A stretch of 64,000 nucleotides of DNA, taken from positions 65,688-129,687 of the forward strand of contig JAMOUT010000057.1 of assembly GCA_027061995.1 (NCBI GenBank), written 5' to 3'. This document shows, in pieces, positions 1 to 10,969 of this stretch; the stretch's first letter is position 1, and each line of letters starts with the position of its first letter. Below the pieces are notes generated by a model, which worked only from the letters and a program-made list of their open reading frames with translations, ran no database searches and was not told where the DNA came from. The stretch comes from Candidatus Aminicenantes bacterium. Lineage in GTDB: Bacteria > Acidobacteriota > Aminicenantia > JAMOAD01. The position numbers and the translations under genes were made by a program.

Positions 1-57
1 AAAAAGAAAAGAAGAGATGATTAATATAAGTATTTTCACTATTATCTTTTTTCCCAT
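1..57 (-). CDS. 5' end of a gene running off the window edge; signal-peptide-like N-terminus (MGKKIIVKILILIISSFLF...)
   Basis: ATG at 57 overlapping the end of rpe, preceded by AAGGAG at 8 nt; basic then hydrophobic N-terminus; frame open to position 1. Confidence 0.6.
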   Translation of the reverse strand, partial: MGKKIIVKILILIISSFLF

Positions 58-701
58 TTTAACAACTCCTTTATTTTTTTTAACTTTTCAGACGGATTGG
101 CATCTTTGAAAATATAGCTTCCCGCAACAAAAATATCAACTCCGGCTTTTTTAAGAGAAATTATCTTTGTATCATTTATTCCTCCGTCAATCTCTATTAA
201 GAAATTCAGCTTTCTTTCCTTCCTAATCTTATCCAATCGAACAATTTTTTCAATCGTCGAAGGGATAAATTTTTGACCTCCGAACCCTGGTGATACACTC
301 ATAATCAATACATAATCCACATAATGAACAGCATCCTCTATTATACTTACAGGTGTCAGAGGATTTAAGGCTATTCCCGCTTTTTTCCCCGTCCTTTTTA
401 TGTTTGCAATTGTTCTGAAAGGGGTGGGTGTAGCTTCCATATGAAAAGAGATCATATCAGCTCCAGCTTCGGCAAACTGTTTTATCAAGAGATCCGGGTG
501 TTTTACCATAAGATGAACATCGAACGGTAATTCGGATATTTTCCTTATTGATTTGACTACGGGTGTTCCTATGGTTAATTGAGGGACAAATATACCATCC
601 ATTACATCTATGTGCAAAAGATCGGCTCCCCCTTTTTCAACCGTTTTTATTTCTTCTCCTAATTTTGAAAAATCAGCTGATAATATTGATGGTGCTATCA
701 T
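42..701 (-). CDS. rpe: Ribulose-phosphate 3-epimerase
   Basis: IAPSILSADF, HIDVMDG, DVHLM, MSVSPGFGGQ, IEIDGGI motifs. Confidence 0.97.
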   Translation of the reverse strand: MIAPSILSADFSKLGEEIKTVEKGGADLLHIDVMDGIFVPQLTIGTPVVKSIRKISELPFDVHLMVKHPDLLIKQFAEAGADMISFHMEATPTPFRTIANIKRTGKKAGIALNPLTPVSIIEDAVHYVDYVLIMSVSPGFGGQKFIPSTIEKIVRLDKIRKERKLNFLIEIDGGINDTKIISLKKAGVDIFVAGSYIFKDANPSEKLKKIKELLKWEKR

Positions 702-1426
702 TTTACAATATCCAATGTTATTATATTACCTTTTTTTATTTTATAACCTGACATAGGGTTTTGTCGAACGATTGTTCCCGAGGGTATCCCTTGATATTCA
801 ACTTTTCTTATTCCCTCTATTTTAAATCCTTTTTTTTCCATAAAATGAATAACTTGAACAATGTTTTTTCCTATTAAATCCGGCATAACATAAGCAAGTT
901 TTCTCGGGCCATCCGATATAAGAAGATTTAAGCCCGCTTTTTTAAATGATTCTTTGCCAGGGGAAGGATCTTGCTCGATTATATCTCCTGTTTTATATTT
1001 ATAGTGTATTGAGGCTATATTAATGATTGGTATGGAATACTGTTTTAATTCTATTTCCGCTGTTTTGATACTTTTATGCCTTAAATCAGGGACAGTAACT
1101 CTTTCTCCTCCGAGACTTATATTTACAATGACAAAATGATTCTTTTTTATTTTTACCCCCGGTTCCGGTTTTTGACTTACTATCACTCCTTCGGGATATT
1201 TCAAACTGAACACCTCTTTTCTTTTTGTAAGATAAAGATTATTTTTTGTTAAAATTTTGATTGCTTCTTTTTCGGTTTTTCCTATAAGATTCGGTGTTTG
1301 AATTGTCTCCCCTTTTACCAATATAAACATTGTAATAAACGCTGAAATTAAAAAAAGCGAAATATAGAAAGATGTCCAAAGAAATATTTTTATTATTTTT
1401 TTCTTATTTATTTTTAATCTTAACAT
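698..1426 (-). CDS. Membrane-anchored PASTA-domain protein (three repeats)
   Basis: N-terminal TM helix then three PNLIGK/PDLRHK/PDLIGK...Q.P.PG repeats; overlaps rpe start by 4 nt. Confidence 0.88.
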   Translation of the reverse strand: MLRLKINKKKIIKIFLWTSFYISLFLISAFITMFILVKGETIQTPNLIGKTEKEAIKILTKNNLYLTKRKEVFSLKYPEGVIVSQKPEPGVKIKKNHFVIVNISLGGERVTVPDLRHKSIKTAEIELKQYSIPIINIASIHYKYKTGDIIEQDPSPGKESFKKAGLNLLISDGPRKLAYVMPDLIGKNIVQVIHFMEKKGFKIEGIRKVEYQGIPSGTIVRQNPMSGYKIKKGNIITLDIVK

Positions 1427-1561
1427 AACAGTGTTTTATAACATAAATACCCGTTTTTATCAAGTTGAGTTGTTTGCAATGAACCTTGAATAATATGGAT
1501 TATTGATTCATGATATCAATTAAGGCGGTGATGTTGAAATAATTCACATTCAGCATTTATT

Positions 1562-1675
1562 ATTCATAATTATTATTTATTTTCTTACCGATTCATCACT
1601 CATAATTCAGAATTCATAATTATTATTTATTTTCTTACCGATTCATCACTCATAATTCAGAATTCATAATTATTA
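1562..1675. repeat. Perfect 50-bp tandem repeat, about 2.3 copies, with internal 7-bp periodicity
   Basis: ATTCATAATTATTATTTATTTTCTTACCGATTCATCACTCATAATTCAGA at 1562-1611 and 1612-1661, partial third copy 1662-1675. Confidence 0.95.
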
Positions 1676-3124
1676 ATTTACCCTTTTTTTCAAACTTAAA
1701 GTGATTCCTCCCAAGCCGACAAGAAGCAAAATAGAACTTTGGAGAATCCTTTTCCAAATTATCCCTGTTGGGGAAAAAGAGTTATAAACAAAAAGTAAAC
1801 CGAGAAAGGTTATCAGGATATAAAAGCCGAACATCACGATATAAGCTCTCCTGTTTGTTTTCTCATTATCCTGCATAAAGAATTTATTATATAAAACCAA
1901 ACCTATGGAGCTTAATATCCCCAGAATAAAGAAAAGCATAAAAAAGAGTTTGGGATTATTCCCTTTTTTAGCGATTTCTTCATATAATGTGGCTCCTATG
2001 GAACTTCCGAAGAGAGAGCCTATAACTCCGTATATAAATGCATATCCCATATATACCGCGACTTTATCTTTTGGTGCGATTAACCCTATATATGAATAAT
2101 ACTTGGGATGGGTAGTCATCTCTCCGATTGAGAAAACCGCAATACCGAGAATAAAAAGCCATGCACTTTTAGTTAAAGCGAGAATTAAAAAACCGGAGGA
2201 ACCTATCAGTATTCCTGTAATCATTGTGGGAAGAGGTTTTATCTTTTTTACCAATCTGCTTATTAAGACTTGAAGGAGAATTATTGTCCCTGCGTTAATA
2301 ACGGTAACATGCTCAACATCAAATACAAAATTTATGTTTAAACCTATCGAATGAAAAAAATTTGTAATGGAATTGGATATTACGGATCTATTGATAAAAT
2401 CTCTCAGATACCAGAGAACACTACCGAAATTCTGGAAATATATGATCCAGAAAAAAGAGTATATGAAAATCAAAAGCATGAATCTTGAATCGCCGAGGAC
2501 AATAACAATATTTTTCAAACTTTCTTTCAAGCTTTTATCTTTATCTCTTCCTTCAGGCTCTTTATATAAAAAAATGGAGGGGAAAAGCATTAGAAAAGCC
2601 CAAGCTGCGGAAGCCATGAAAACATATCTCCATGAAAATCCTTTAAGGTATGATACGAGAAGAGGAGCGATAAAAGCTCCGAGATTAATCATCCAATAAT
2701 AAATACCGAAACCGAAGCCGCTTGTTTCTTCATCCGTTGTTCTTGCTATTGTGCTTGAAATGATAGGTTTAAATAAACCTGAACCTACACCTACAAGTAA
2801 AAGACATGTGAAAATGATACCGTATGTTGTAAAATTTCCGGCTGCAAAATAACCGAAGGACAAAAAGGAGAAAGCGATAATTAACATCTTTTTGTAACCG
2901 TATTTTTCAGCAAGAGCACCGCCTACAATAGGCACAATATAAGTTAATGCATAAACTATTGCTTGTAAGAATCCGACACTTTCGTGTTGAAAATGTAGTT
3001 TATCGGTCAGATAAACAGCGAGGACGGAATTCATCCCATAGTATGCCGCCCTTTCAAAAAGTTCCATAACATTAGCAAGCCAGAAAACAGGTTTAAATTT
3101 TGATAATATCCCTTTTTTACTCAT
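1673..3124 (-). CDS. MFS transporter, POT/PTR (proton-dependent peptide transporter)-like
   Basis: ELFERAAYYG (ExxERFxYY-like), GLFKPIIS, YYWMINLGAF motifs; many TM segments; SD GAGGAG. Confidence 0.85.
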   Translation of the reverse strand: MSKKGILSKFKPVFWLANVMELFERAAYYGMNSVLAVYLTDKLHFQHESVGFLQAIVYALTYIVPIVGGALAEKYGYKKMLIIAFSFLSFGYFAAGNFTTYGIIFTCLLLVGVGSGLFKPIISSTIARTTDEETSGFGFGIYYWMINLGAFIAPLLVSYLKGFSWRYVFMASAAWAFLMLFPSIFLYKEPEGRDKDKSLKESLKNIVIVLGDSRFMLLIFIYSFFWIIYFQNFGSVLWYLRDFINRSVISNSITNFFHSIGLNINFVFDVEHVTVINAGTIILLQVLISRLVKKIKPLPTMITGILIGSSGFLILALTKSAWLFILGIAVFSIGEMTTHPKYYSYIGLIAPKDKVAVYMGYAFIYGVIGSLFGSSIGATLYEEIAKKGNNPKLFFMLFFILGILSSIGLVLYNKFFMQDNEKTNRRAYIVMFGFYILITFLGLLFVYNSFSPTGIIWKRILQSSILLLVGLGGITLSLKKRVN

Positions 3125-3319
3125 TATTCTCCTCTTGTTTGAAGTTTTTGAAAATAAAAATTATCATATAAACAAACGAGTGTCAAACAATATTATAAAT
3201 ATCTCGGAAAATCAAATAATAACGGTATAAAAAAGAGTTGCGAATGTAAGGAGAATATTGTCTTTATAAATATTATTTAATGAGGACTAAGATCTCTTTA
3301 ATATTCTTTTCATTTTTAG

Positions 3320-3333
3320 TATAATCCTTTATG
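3320..3333 (+). promoter_or_regulatory. sigma70 -10 box directly before ATG (putative leaderless transcript)
   Basis: TATAAT 3320-3325, 5 nt, ATG 3331; no SD; -35 only weak (TTTAAT). Confidence 0.55.
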
Positions 3334-4296
3334 ATTTATTTGTGGTGGTTAATATTTGCAATAATACTGGGATTGATTTTTATCTCAGGTGAAAAAGTAT
3401 CTGTTCTCGGAGAAAAACTCGCTTTAAGAATAGGTATAACAGAGGGACTGATAGGGGTTACGCTGATATCCGCCATTACCTCTTTTCCCGAACTTTTTAC
3501 GGGAATAAGCGCTGTTTCAATCGTTAAGGATCATAATATGATGTTCGGAGAGATTCTCGGTAGTTGCATATTTAATCTGACGATAGTTTCTTTGATGAGC
3601 TTAATGTTTAAAAGAGTAAATCTTTTTAAGGTTATCTCCGAAAGATTCAGAATAACCTCTTTTCTCTCCGGTGTATTGTTTTTGATAGTGGCTTTTTTCC
3701 TGAAAGTCAGATTACCGTCTCTCTTTTTTATAGGGATTCCCTCTTTAATAATAATCGGACTCTATTTTATAATATTAAAAATAATTTATGATAAAGAATT
3801 CAAACCAAAACGGGAAGAGGAAAAAACGGATGATAATCTCAGTGCGATTGTTGTAAAATTTTCTTTTTTTTCATTAATTATAATAGGCACGGGATTGTAT
3901 CTTCCGATTCTTGCGAAAAAGATAGCGGTTGAGATGAATTGGTCATCAACATTTATGGGGATGCTTTTCATAGCGATTGTTACATCAATGCCCGAATTAA
4001 TCGTATCTTTTGCGGCTGCAAAAAGGGGACTTTACGGTATAGCCGTTGGAAATATTTTCGGTAGTATCATATTTAATATCCTTATTATTGCTATTATTGA
4101 TTTTGTTTATATAAAAGGAACCATATGGCAAGTTGAGAGCTGGGCGAACTTTTGGACTGCTATTGTTGTGGCCGTTATCTCTTTTATTGCTGTTCTTTCG
4201 GGAAAATTCGCAAAAAACAGATTTATGAATATAATATTATCATTGCTTATTGTTGCTGCATATGTATCTGTTTTATTTTTATCTTTCAAATTATAA
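3331..4296 (+). CDS. Cation:Ca2+ antiporter (CaCA/YrbG family)
   Basis: Two alpha repeats AITSFPEL...GSCIFN and IVTSMPEL...GNIFGSIIFN; about 10 TM helices. Confidence 0.9.
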   Translation: MIYLWWLIFAIILGLIFISGEKVSVLGEKLALRIGITEGLIGVTLISAITSFPELFTGISAVSIVKDHNMMFGEILGSCIFNLTIVSLMSLMFKRVNLFKVISERFRITSFLSGVLFLIVAFFLKVRLPSLFFIGIPSLIIIGLYFIILKIIYDKEFKPKREEEKTDDNLSAIVVKFSFFSLIIIGTGLYLPILAKKIAVEMNWSSTFMGMLFIAIVTSMPELIVSFAAAKRGLYGIAVGNIFGSIIFNILIIAIIDFVYIKGTIWQVESWANFWTAIVVAVISFIAVLSGKFAKNRFMNIILSLLIVAAYVSVLFLSFKL

Positions 4297-4299
4297 TTT

Positions 4300-6990
4300 A
4301 TGGGCAAACAGGAATTTATAAAGATAAAAAACTGTTATCAAAATAATCTTAAGAACATAGATATTGATATCCCTCTCGGAGAATTTGTGGTATTTACGGG
4401 TGTATCCGGTGCGGGAAAATCCTCCCTTGTTTTTGATACTATTTATGCGGAGAGCCAGAGAAGATTTTTTCTGTCATTATCAACCTTTGCAAGACAATTT
4501 TTTGAAAGAATTCCCCCTCCCGCCGTTGAAGAGATAGAGGGACTTCAACCTTCAATAGCGATACTGAGAAAAGGGGTGGTTAAAAATCCCCGTTCCACAG
4601 TTGCAACAATAACTGAGATATACGATTTTCTAAGGGTGCTATATTCAAAAATATCCGAATTGTATTGTCCCGAATGCGGGAGAAAAATTGTAAAGTATGA
4701 TGAAGAATCTTTAAAAAAGTTTATAATGAACGAATATAAGAACAGAAAAATCACTATCGGTTTTATAACTGAAAAAGAGCTTAAAGAGATATATAAAGGG
4801 GGATTTGTTTATGCGCTTATAGACGGGAAAAAAGAAACTGTGTTTAAAGCAAAAGATGGGATAAAACATATTATTATCGATACTCTGATTGTTAATGATG
4901 AAGAGAGAATATTCGAGGATATAAAAACAGGTTTTAATTGGAGTGATAAGATTTTTGTTCGTGATGAGAATGGTATCTCTCTTTTCTCAAACAAGTATTA
5001 TTGTCCATACTGTTCACTGAATTTTAGTGAACCAGTTCCCGAGCTTTTCTCTTTTAATTCTTCAAGAGGAGCTTGCCCGCGGTGTAAAGGTTTCGGAGAT
5101 ATTATTACTGTTGATGAAAAAAAAGTTATACCTGATGAAACTGTTTCAATAGAAAACGGGGCAATAGAGATTTTCAAGACCCCGAAAGCAAAGGAGCTGT
5201 ATAATGAACTTCTCGGTTTTTGTAAGAGGAAAGGGATAAAGACGGATGTTCCCGTAAAAAAACTTTCCGTTAAGCATAAAAAACTTTTATTTGAGGGGGA
5301 TGAAGAATATTATGGAATAAACAGTTTTTTTGAATGGCTTGAGAGGAAAAAATATAAAACTCATGTCAGAGTTTTCCTGAGCAGATACAGGAAATATTCG
5401 CAGTGCCCCGTATGTCTCGGAGGAAGATTAAATAGAGAGGCTCTCTCATATAGGGTGGAAGGTAAAAATATAGCGGAACTCAATAGTATGGAGATAAATG
5501 AGTTTTCGGAATTTATAAAAAAAATAGAGAAAAAATACAAAAATAATAAAGCTGTTAAAATTCTTCTTCAAGAGTTAAGAGAGAGAGTTGATTATCTTAT
5601 TGCCGTTGGTTTGGGATATCTCTCCTTGAATCGAAAAACTTTTACATTATCAAGGGGGGAGGCTCAGAGAATATCCTTAACTTCGGTTCTCGGTTCTACG
5701 CTTACGGATACAATGATTCTTATAGATGAACCTTCCAAAGGACTACATCTGAAGGATTTTAATACTTTGATAAAAGCAATTAAAAAAATCAATGGGGCAG
5801 GAAACACTATTATTATGATAGAGCATCTTGAAAAGGTTTTTAAAATAGCTAACAGAATTATTGAGATAGGTCCTGGAGCGGGTGAATCGGGAGGAGAAAT
5901 CATATTTTCCGGTGCGTTTAATGATTATAAGAAAACAAAAACATATAAAAACACGCAAAAATTAATAAAAACGATTAAAATAAAGAAAGACAATGATAAA
6001 ATAGGCTATTTTATAAAAATTAATAAAGCTGAAAAATATAATTTAAAAAAGATTGATATTAAAATCCCGCTTAATAAAATTACGAGTATTACAGGGGTTT
6101 CGGGAGCCGGTAAGAGCACTCTATTATATGAGATTCTTTATAAAGGGTTAAGAGGAGAGGAAAAAAATTATAAGAATATAACAGGAATTGAAAAATTTGC
6201 AAAAGATAATGTTATTTATATAGATGATTCACCCCCTTCAAGAAGTTCGAGGGCTGTGGTGGGAACATATCTCAAACTTCTCGATCCTATAAGAAAATTG
6301 TTTTCGGAATTGCCTGAAAGCAAAAGGAGAGGGTTTACAAGCTCTCACTTTTCTTACAACAGGAAAGAGGGGCAGTGTTTTGATTGTAAAGGGGAGGGTT
6401 ATGTTAAAATTGAGATGCAGTTTTTGTCCGATATTAAACTTATTTGCGATGGTTGCGGAGGTAAAAGATTTAAAGATGAGGTTTTAAAGATAAAATTCGG
6501 AAATCTGAATATATATGATATTTTTGAACTCACTTTAAATGAGGTTGGTGAGATTTTCAGAAAAGAGATTCCGACAATATCCGATAAAATCACTATATTG
6601 AATAAAATGGGGGTCGGATATCTCAAATTAGGGCAAACTCTTTCCACTCTTTCGGGAGGAGAGAGTCAAAGAATTAAACTTGCAAAACATATGCTTTATA
6701 ATAATAAAGGGAATCAACTGTTTTTAATAGATGAGCCTACAACAGGACTTCATCCTCTCGATATATCAAAGATAATAGGAACTATGAGAGATTTTATTGA
6801 TTATGGAGCGACTATTGTTGTAGTGGAGCATAATCCTTTGTTTATTATCAATTCCGATTATATTATTGATCTCGGACCTTCGGGGGGAAACAGAGGGGGA
6901 AAAATTGTTTTCCAAGGGGATATTTCCGAATTTCTTCTTTCGAAAGAATCAATAACAGCCATCACTCTGAGAGATTATTATTCACTCTGA
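4300..6990 (+). CDS. uvrA: UvrA-family excinuclease ABC subunit A (divergent paralog)
   Basis: Two Walker A motifs (GVSGAGKS), CxxC zinc pairs, [35 protein letters not shown]. Confidence 0.85.
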   Translation: MGKQEFIKIKNCYQNNLKNIDIDIPLGEFVVFTGVSGAGKSSLVFDTIYAESQRRFFLSLSTFARQFFERIPPPAVEEIEGLQPSIAILRKGVVKNPRSTVATITEIYDFLRVLYSKISELYCPECGRKIVKYDEESLKKFIMNEYKNRKITIGFITEKELKEIYKGGFVYALIDGKKETVFKAKDGIKHIIIDTLIVNDEERIFEDIKTGFNWSDKIFVRDENGISLFSNKYYCPYCSLNFSEPVPELFSFNSSRGACPRCKGFGDIITVDEKKVIPDETVSIENGAIEIFKTPKAKELYNELLGFCKRKGIKTDVPVKKLSVKHKKLLFEGDEEYYGINSFFEWLERKKYKTHVRVFLSRYRKYSQCPVCLGGRLNREALSYRVEGKNIAELNSMEINEFSEFIKKIEKKYKNNKAVKILLQELRERVDYLIAVGLGYLSLNRKTFTLSRGEAQRISLTSVLGSTLTDTMILIDEPSKGLHLKDFNTLIKAIKKINGAGNTIIMIEHLEKVFKIANRIIEIGPGAGESGGEIIFSGAFNDYKKTKTYKNTQKLIKTIKIKKDNDKIGYFIKINKAEKYNLKKIDIKIPLNKITSITGVSGAGKSTLLYEILYKGLRGEEKNYKNITGIEKFAKDNVIYIDDSPPSRSSRAVVGTYLKLLDPIRKLFSELPESKRRGFTSSHFSYNRKEGQCFDCKGEGYVKIEMQFLSDIKLICDGCGGKRFKDEVLKIKFGNLNIYDIFELTLNEVGEIFRKEIPTISDKITILNKMGVGYLKLGQTLSTLSGGESQRIKLAKHMLYNNKGNQLFLIDEPTTGLHPLDISKIIGTMRDFIDYGATIVVVEHNPLFIINSDYIIDLGPSGGNRGGKIVFQGDISEFLLSKESITAITLRDYYSL

Positions 6991-7256
6991 ATAATATTTC
7001 CGAAATTCTGTTGTTTAGAGTTATAAAAAGTAAATAAAAAATTAAAACTAATTATAAAAATATAGGAACAATGCGGAAGCTACAAAAACAGGATAATATT
7101 ATTAAGATAATAAACTGTAAAACCAACATAAAACAGTTATTCGGAAGTGCGGAGAAACTATAAAACCAATGTCATACAAAGAAAAATAGGGGGTATGAAA
7201 AAAACATTTTCTTTAGTTTTCATGATTTATATCCTTTTGTAATATTTTATATAATG

Positions 7257-8873
7257 TCAATTTCTAACTTTTAATGATAAGAACAAACCTGTAAACAAAA
7301 AGCCGGATAAAAGTTGCACGGAGTAAAAAACAGTATTATTAAAATAAAACAGGAGGAGAGCAAGTAGAAGAAAAGGGATTAACAAGAGTATGGTTATCTT
7401 AAATTTTGAAACAATAATATCATTAAGAATCAAATAACCGCTCCAAACACCGATAAAAAACAGTGTGAAAATCAATGGCGAATTATCGTATAATTCAAAA
7501 TTATTTTTTATATATATATTTAAGGAAAAAAAGGTGAACAAAAATAGTAAAGCCGGGGAGATTAATAAATTAAAACCTCTTTTTTTAAGAATAAAAAGCG
7601 GGGTAATCAATAAAAAGATTGACAATAACAGGATAAACAATTTTTTTAAAATATTTTTGTTCTTAAGATTCATAAGTTTCAAAATAATATTTTTATCTTT
7701 TTTTAGAATAAAAATATTTTTTGAAATTTTATCAAAAAAAGGTGGAGGGGATTTATCTTTTTCTCCGATTGACAAGATTTTTCCGTATTGTTTTAATTTT
7801 CCCGAAAGATATAAAAGATTATCTGTTTCATGGAAATATTTAGAGAATATCTCATGCTCATTGTATTTCGGAAGTAATATCAAATCATATTTTTTATTAA
7901 CGGGAGTTTTAAATTTACCGTGAAATATTTTTACATTGGATTCTAACAAAGCTCTTATGATTTCGGGAAAATCATAAGCTATTTCATAATAAAATTTTTC
8001 TTCCCCGATATAATAATCAATATTAAAAATGCCTATCCTAATAAATTCGTTTACTATGGCGGGATTATTATTTAATATTAAGATATCCCCGAATTTCATT
8101 CCGGTTTCAGTTAAAAAAGTTTTAAAATTTTTATTTTTAAAAGGGAATTTGAAAACAGTTTTAAAATTTCGTATGAAATAAACTCTTTTATTTTTATCCG
8201 CAACAAAATATTGCCCTGTTTCAGTTTCAAAATATTTTATCGGATGAAAACCGGTTGTTTCTTTTTTTATAATATTATTATTTGCAAGAATGAAGAATGC
8301 AAATATGGGGACAATAAATAGTATTGATATTATTCTGCTTTTCCCTTTTTCTATGAAAATAAGAAGGATACCTATGTATAATATTCCGAGTGTCATTACA
8401 ATAAACCAATTATTTAACCCCGAACGGATTAACAGATATATTAGAAACGGAGAAAGAGATATACCGAAAAACAGAATATTATATGGATAGCGAACCTCAG
8501 ATGCGGATTTTATAATCAGTTTTATCTTTAAACTTAGAATAAACGGGGTAAAGATGATTAAGAAAAATAATAGAAACAGGGTTATAGGAGAGGGGGAACT
8601 TATTATTCTCTCGCTGAGTTTAAAAAAATATAAGATAACCGTTATGAATAGAAAAATCCAAAGAATAATATTTTTCAGGTTATTTTCCATATTAATCGTT
8701 GAATTTTTATCAAACACAAAGCCGGTATATGTTCCTATAATCCAAAATATTGGTAAGGAGCTGATTATCAAAGGTGAAGTATAAAATAAAACAAAGAGTT
8801 CTCTGAAAATAATCGTGAGAAATCCCCCGTAAAAAAAAGCTGTTATGAATATATAAATATTTTTATTGCTCAT
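7257..8873 (-). CDS. Multi-pass membrane protein with a central soluble domain; degenerate fused membrane/spermidine-synthase-like architecture
   Basis: About 7 TM + soluble domain (ETETGQY, DILIL, YDLILL) + about 5 TM; glycine-rich SAM loop absent. Confidence 0.45.
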   Translation of the reverse strand: MSNKNIYIFITAFFYGGFLTIIFRELFVLFYTSPLIISSLPIFWIIGTYTGFVFDKNSTINMENNLKNIILWIFLFITVILYFFKLSERIISSPSPITLFLLFFLIIFTPFILSLKIKLIIKSASEVRYPYNILFFGISLSPFLIYLLIRSGLNNWFIVMTLGILYIGILLIFIEKGKSRIISILFIVPIFAFFILANNNIIKKETTGFHPIKYFETETGQYFVADKNKRVYFIRNFKTVFKFPFKNKNFKTFLTETGMKFGDILILNNNPAIVNEFIRIGIFNIDYYIGEEKFYYEIAYDFPEIIRALLESNVKIFHGKFKTPVNKKYDLILLPKYNEHEIFSKYFHETDNLLYLSGKLKQYGKILSIGEKDKSPPPFFDKISKNIFILKKDKNIILKLMNLKNKNILKKLFILLLSIFLLITPLFILKKRGFNLLISPALLFLFTFFSLNIYIKNNFELYDNSPLIFTLFFIGVWSGYLILNDIIVSKFKITILLLIPFLLLALLLFYFNNTVFYSVQLLSGFLFTGLFLSLKVRN

Positions 8874-8905
8874 TGGTAGTTAATCGGGAAAGGACTATTA
8901 TAGTA

Positions 8906-9505
8906 TTAGAAATTGTATGATATTCCCCATGAGATGTAAAAACCGTTTTCAAAACCACCCTCGAGTTCCACCTCTATTTCATCGTTAAATCTGAAGGATA
9001 AACCAACGGGAAGTTTTACAATGGGGATGAGAGTTTGATAATTATACAGATCATTATGCTCTTTCCATTTATCTCTGTAATACGCCTCCGCATTAAGGAC
9101 AGCCACGCCGACTCCTATTCCTATCCCAATATAAGGGGTAACTTTAAAAGAGGGGATAAGATTTAAAATAGCGGAATATGTGAATGCAACCTGTTTCATC
9201 TTTAAAAATCCCTGAATTCTGTAATCATCCGCGCTTGCTCTCCAAAATCCGCCCGCTCTGTATTCAAATATTCTTAATGAATAAACAGAGTAAAATGTGC
9301 TTTTTATCCCGTCTTCACCATATTTTTTTATTTTTAACCCTATTCCGTTTCCGGATATGGCGGGGTATTCATTAAGGGCTGAGTTCAAGATACTGTTTAT
9401 GAACCCGAATTTCCCGTAATTTATGTTAATGGAATTTTTAATTTGAGCAAAACCTGTAATCGTAAATAAAAGCAAAAACACTATTATAAAATATCTTTTT
9501 TTCAT
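8906..9505 (-). CDS. Small outer-membrane beta-barrel protein
   Basis: Signal peptide, PYIGIGIGV strand, C-terminal WGISYNF with terminal Phe. Confidence 0.7.
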   Translation of the reverse strand: MKKRYFIIVFLLLFTITGFAQIKNSININYGKFGFINSILNSALNEYPAISGNGIGLKIKKYGEDGIKSTFYSVYSLRIFEYRAGGFWRASADDYRIQGFLKMKQVAFTYSAILNLIPSFKVTPYIGIGIGVGVAVLNAEAYYRDKWKEHNDLYNYQTLIPIVKLPVGLSFRFNDEIEVELEGGFENGFYISWGISYNF

Positions 9506-10968
9506 TCCATCCTGTAATTGGGAGCCTCTTTTGTTATGATAACATCATGAACATGAGACTCTCTCAGCCCGGCACTTGTAATCTTAATAAACCTGGCTTT
9601 GGATTTCAACTCTTGTATGTCAATTGCTCCTATATATCCCATGCCCGAGCGAAGTCCACCTGTCATTGTATTGATTATATGGATAACCGAACCTCTGTAT
9701 GGAACTCTTCCTTCAACACCTTCCGGAACAAGTTTAGCTTCGGATAATTGTTCCTCCTGAAAATATCTGTCCCTGCTTCCTTTCTTCATAGCTCCGAGAG
9801 AACCCATCCCTCTGTATTGTTTATATGATCTGCCTTGAAAAAGGATTATCTCTCCAGGGCTTTCATCTGTTCCCGCAAACAAACTTCCGATCATGACCGA
9901 GCTTGCACCTGCGGCTATAGCTTTAACAACATCTCCCGAGAATTTTATTCCTCCGTCAGCTATTACGGGAATATCATGTTCTTTTGCAATATTGTAAACA
10001 TCCGATATGGCTGTTATCTGCGGGACACCTATACCGGTAACAACTCTTGTTGTGCATATTGAACCGGGCCCAACACCCACTTTAATCGCATCGGCTCCTC
10101 TGTCGATAAGAGCTTTTGCAGCTTCCCCCGTTGCAATATTACCGGCGATAATATCAATATCTGGAAATTCGGCTCTGAGTTTTTCAAGTGTCTTTAAAAC
10201 TTTGATGGAGTGTCCGTGTGCTGTATCTATCACTAATACATCAACCTTTCTTTCAACAAGTGTTTTCGCTCTTTCAAGAGTATCTTTTCCCACACCGACG
10301 GCCGCCGCAACAAGAAGTCTCCCCAACTTGTCTTTTGATGCATTGGGAAATTGTTTTCTTTTTGAGATATCCTTGACTGTGATTAATCCTTTAAGATTAA
10401 AATCATTATCAACCACAAGGAGTTTTTCTATCCTGTTAACATGCAATATTTTTTCGGCATCTTCAAGTGTGGTTCCCACGGGAACTGTTATCAGGTTCTC
10501 TTTTGTCATTAATTCGGAAACTTTTTTATCCATATCTTTTTCAAATCTGAGATCTCTGTTTGTTATTATCCCCACTAATTTACCGAATTCATTTACAACA
10601 GGGATGCCGGATATCTTGTATTTACCCATTATTGCAAGAGCCTCGTAGATTTTAGCTTCGGGTTTTATCGTTATGGGATCCACAATCATTCCGCTTTCCG
10701 ATCTTTTTACTTTATCTATCTCCTCGGCTTGTTGTTCTATCGAAAGATTTTTGTGAATGACTCCGATTCCACCCACCTGAGCCATAGCTATGGCCATTTT
10801 GGCTTCGGTAACAGTATCCATGGCTGCGGCTGATATGGGAACATTAATTCGGACATTTTTTGAAAATCTCGTTTGTATATTAACTTCTGCGGGAAGAACC
10901 TCTGATTTTTGCGGGAGTAATAGAACATCATCAAAGGTTAAACCCTCTTTTATCGGTAATTCAACCAT
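9502..10968 (-). CDS. guaB: IMP dehydrogenase
   Basis: [12 protein letters not shown] pair, [11 protein letters not shown] active site, [10 protein letters not shown]. Confidence 0.98.
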   Translation of the reverse strand: MVELPIKEGLTFDDVLLLPQKSEVLPAEVNIQTRFSKNVRINVPISAAAMDTVTEAKMAIAMAQVGGIGVIHKNLSIEQQAEEIDKVKRSESGMIVDPITIKPEAKIYEALAIMGKYKISGIPVVNEFGKLVGIITNRDLRFEKDMDKKVSELMTKENLITVPVGTTLEDAEKILHVNRIEKLLVVDNDFNLKGLITVKDISKRKQFPNASKDKLGRLLVAAAVGVGKDTLERAKTLVERKVDVLVIDTAHGHSIKVLKTLEKLRAEFPDIDIIAGNIATGEAAKALIDRGADAIKVGVGPGSICTTRVVTGIGVPQITAISDVYNIAKEHDIPVIADGGIKFSGDVVKAIAAGASSVMIGSLFAGTDESPGEIILFQGRSYKQYRGMGSLGAMKKGSRDRYFQEEQLSEAKLVPEGVEGRVPYRGSVIHIINTMTGGLRSGMGYIGAIDIQELKSKARFIKITSAGLRESHVHDVIITKEAPNYRME

Positions 10969-10969
10969 A

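Noticed and set aside
1502..1520. ATTGAT-N7-ATCAAT palindrome resembling an FNR box
   Set aside because: The spacer is 7 nt rather than 4, and such palindromes are expected by chance in AT-rich DNA.
1562..1675. Possible mini-CRISPR array
   Set aside because: Units are contiguous and identical with no unique spacers, and there are no cas genes in the window.
6995..7235. 21-codon minus-strand ORF (7158-7223) with an AAGGA SD, followed by hydrophobic broken frames; possible small protein or pseudogene
   Set aside because: No recognisable homology, and hydrophobic translations follow from the T-rich composition; cannot be supported without a search.
7465..7923. 152-aa plus-strand ORF
   Set aside because: Antisense shadow inside the 538-aa membrane protein gene; no SD or motifs.
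10007..10648. 213-aa plus-strand ORF
   Set aside because: Antisense shadow of guaB.
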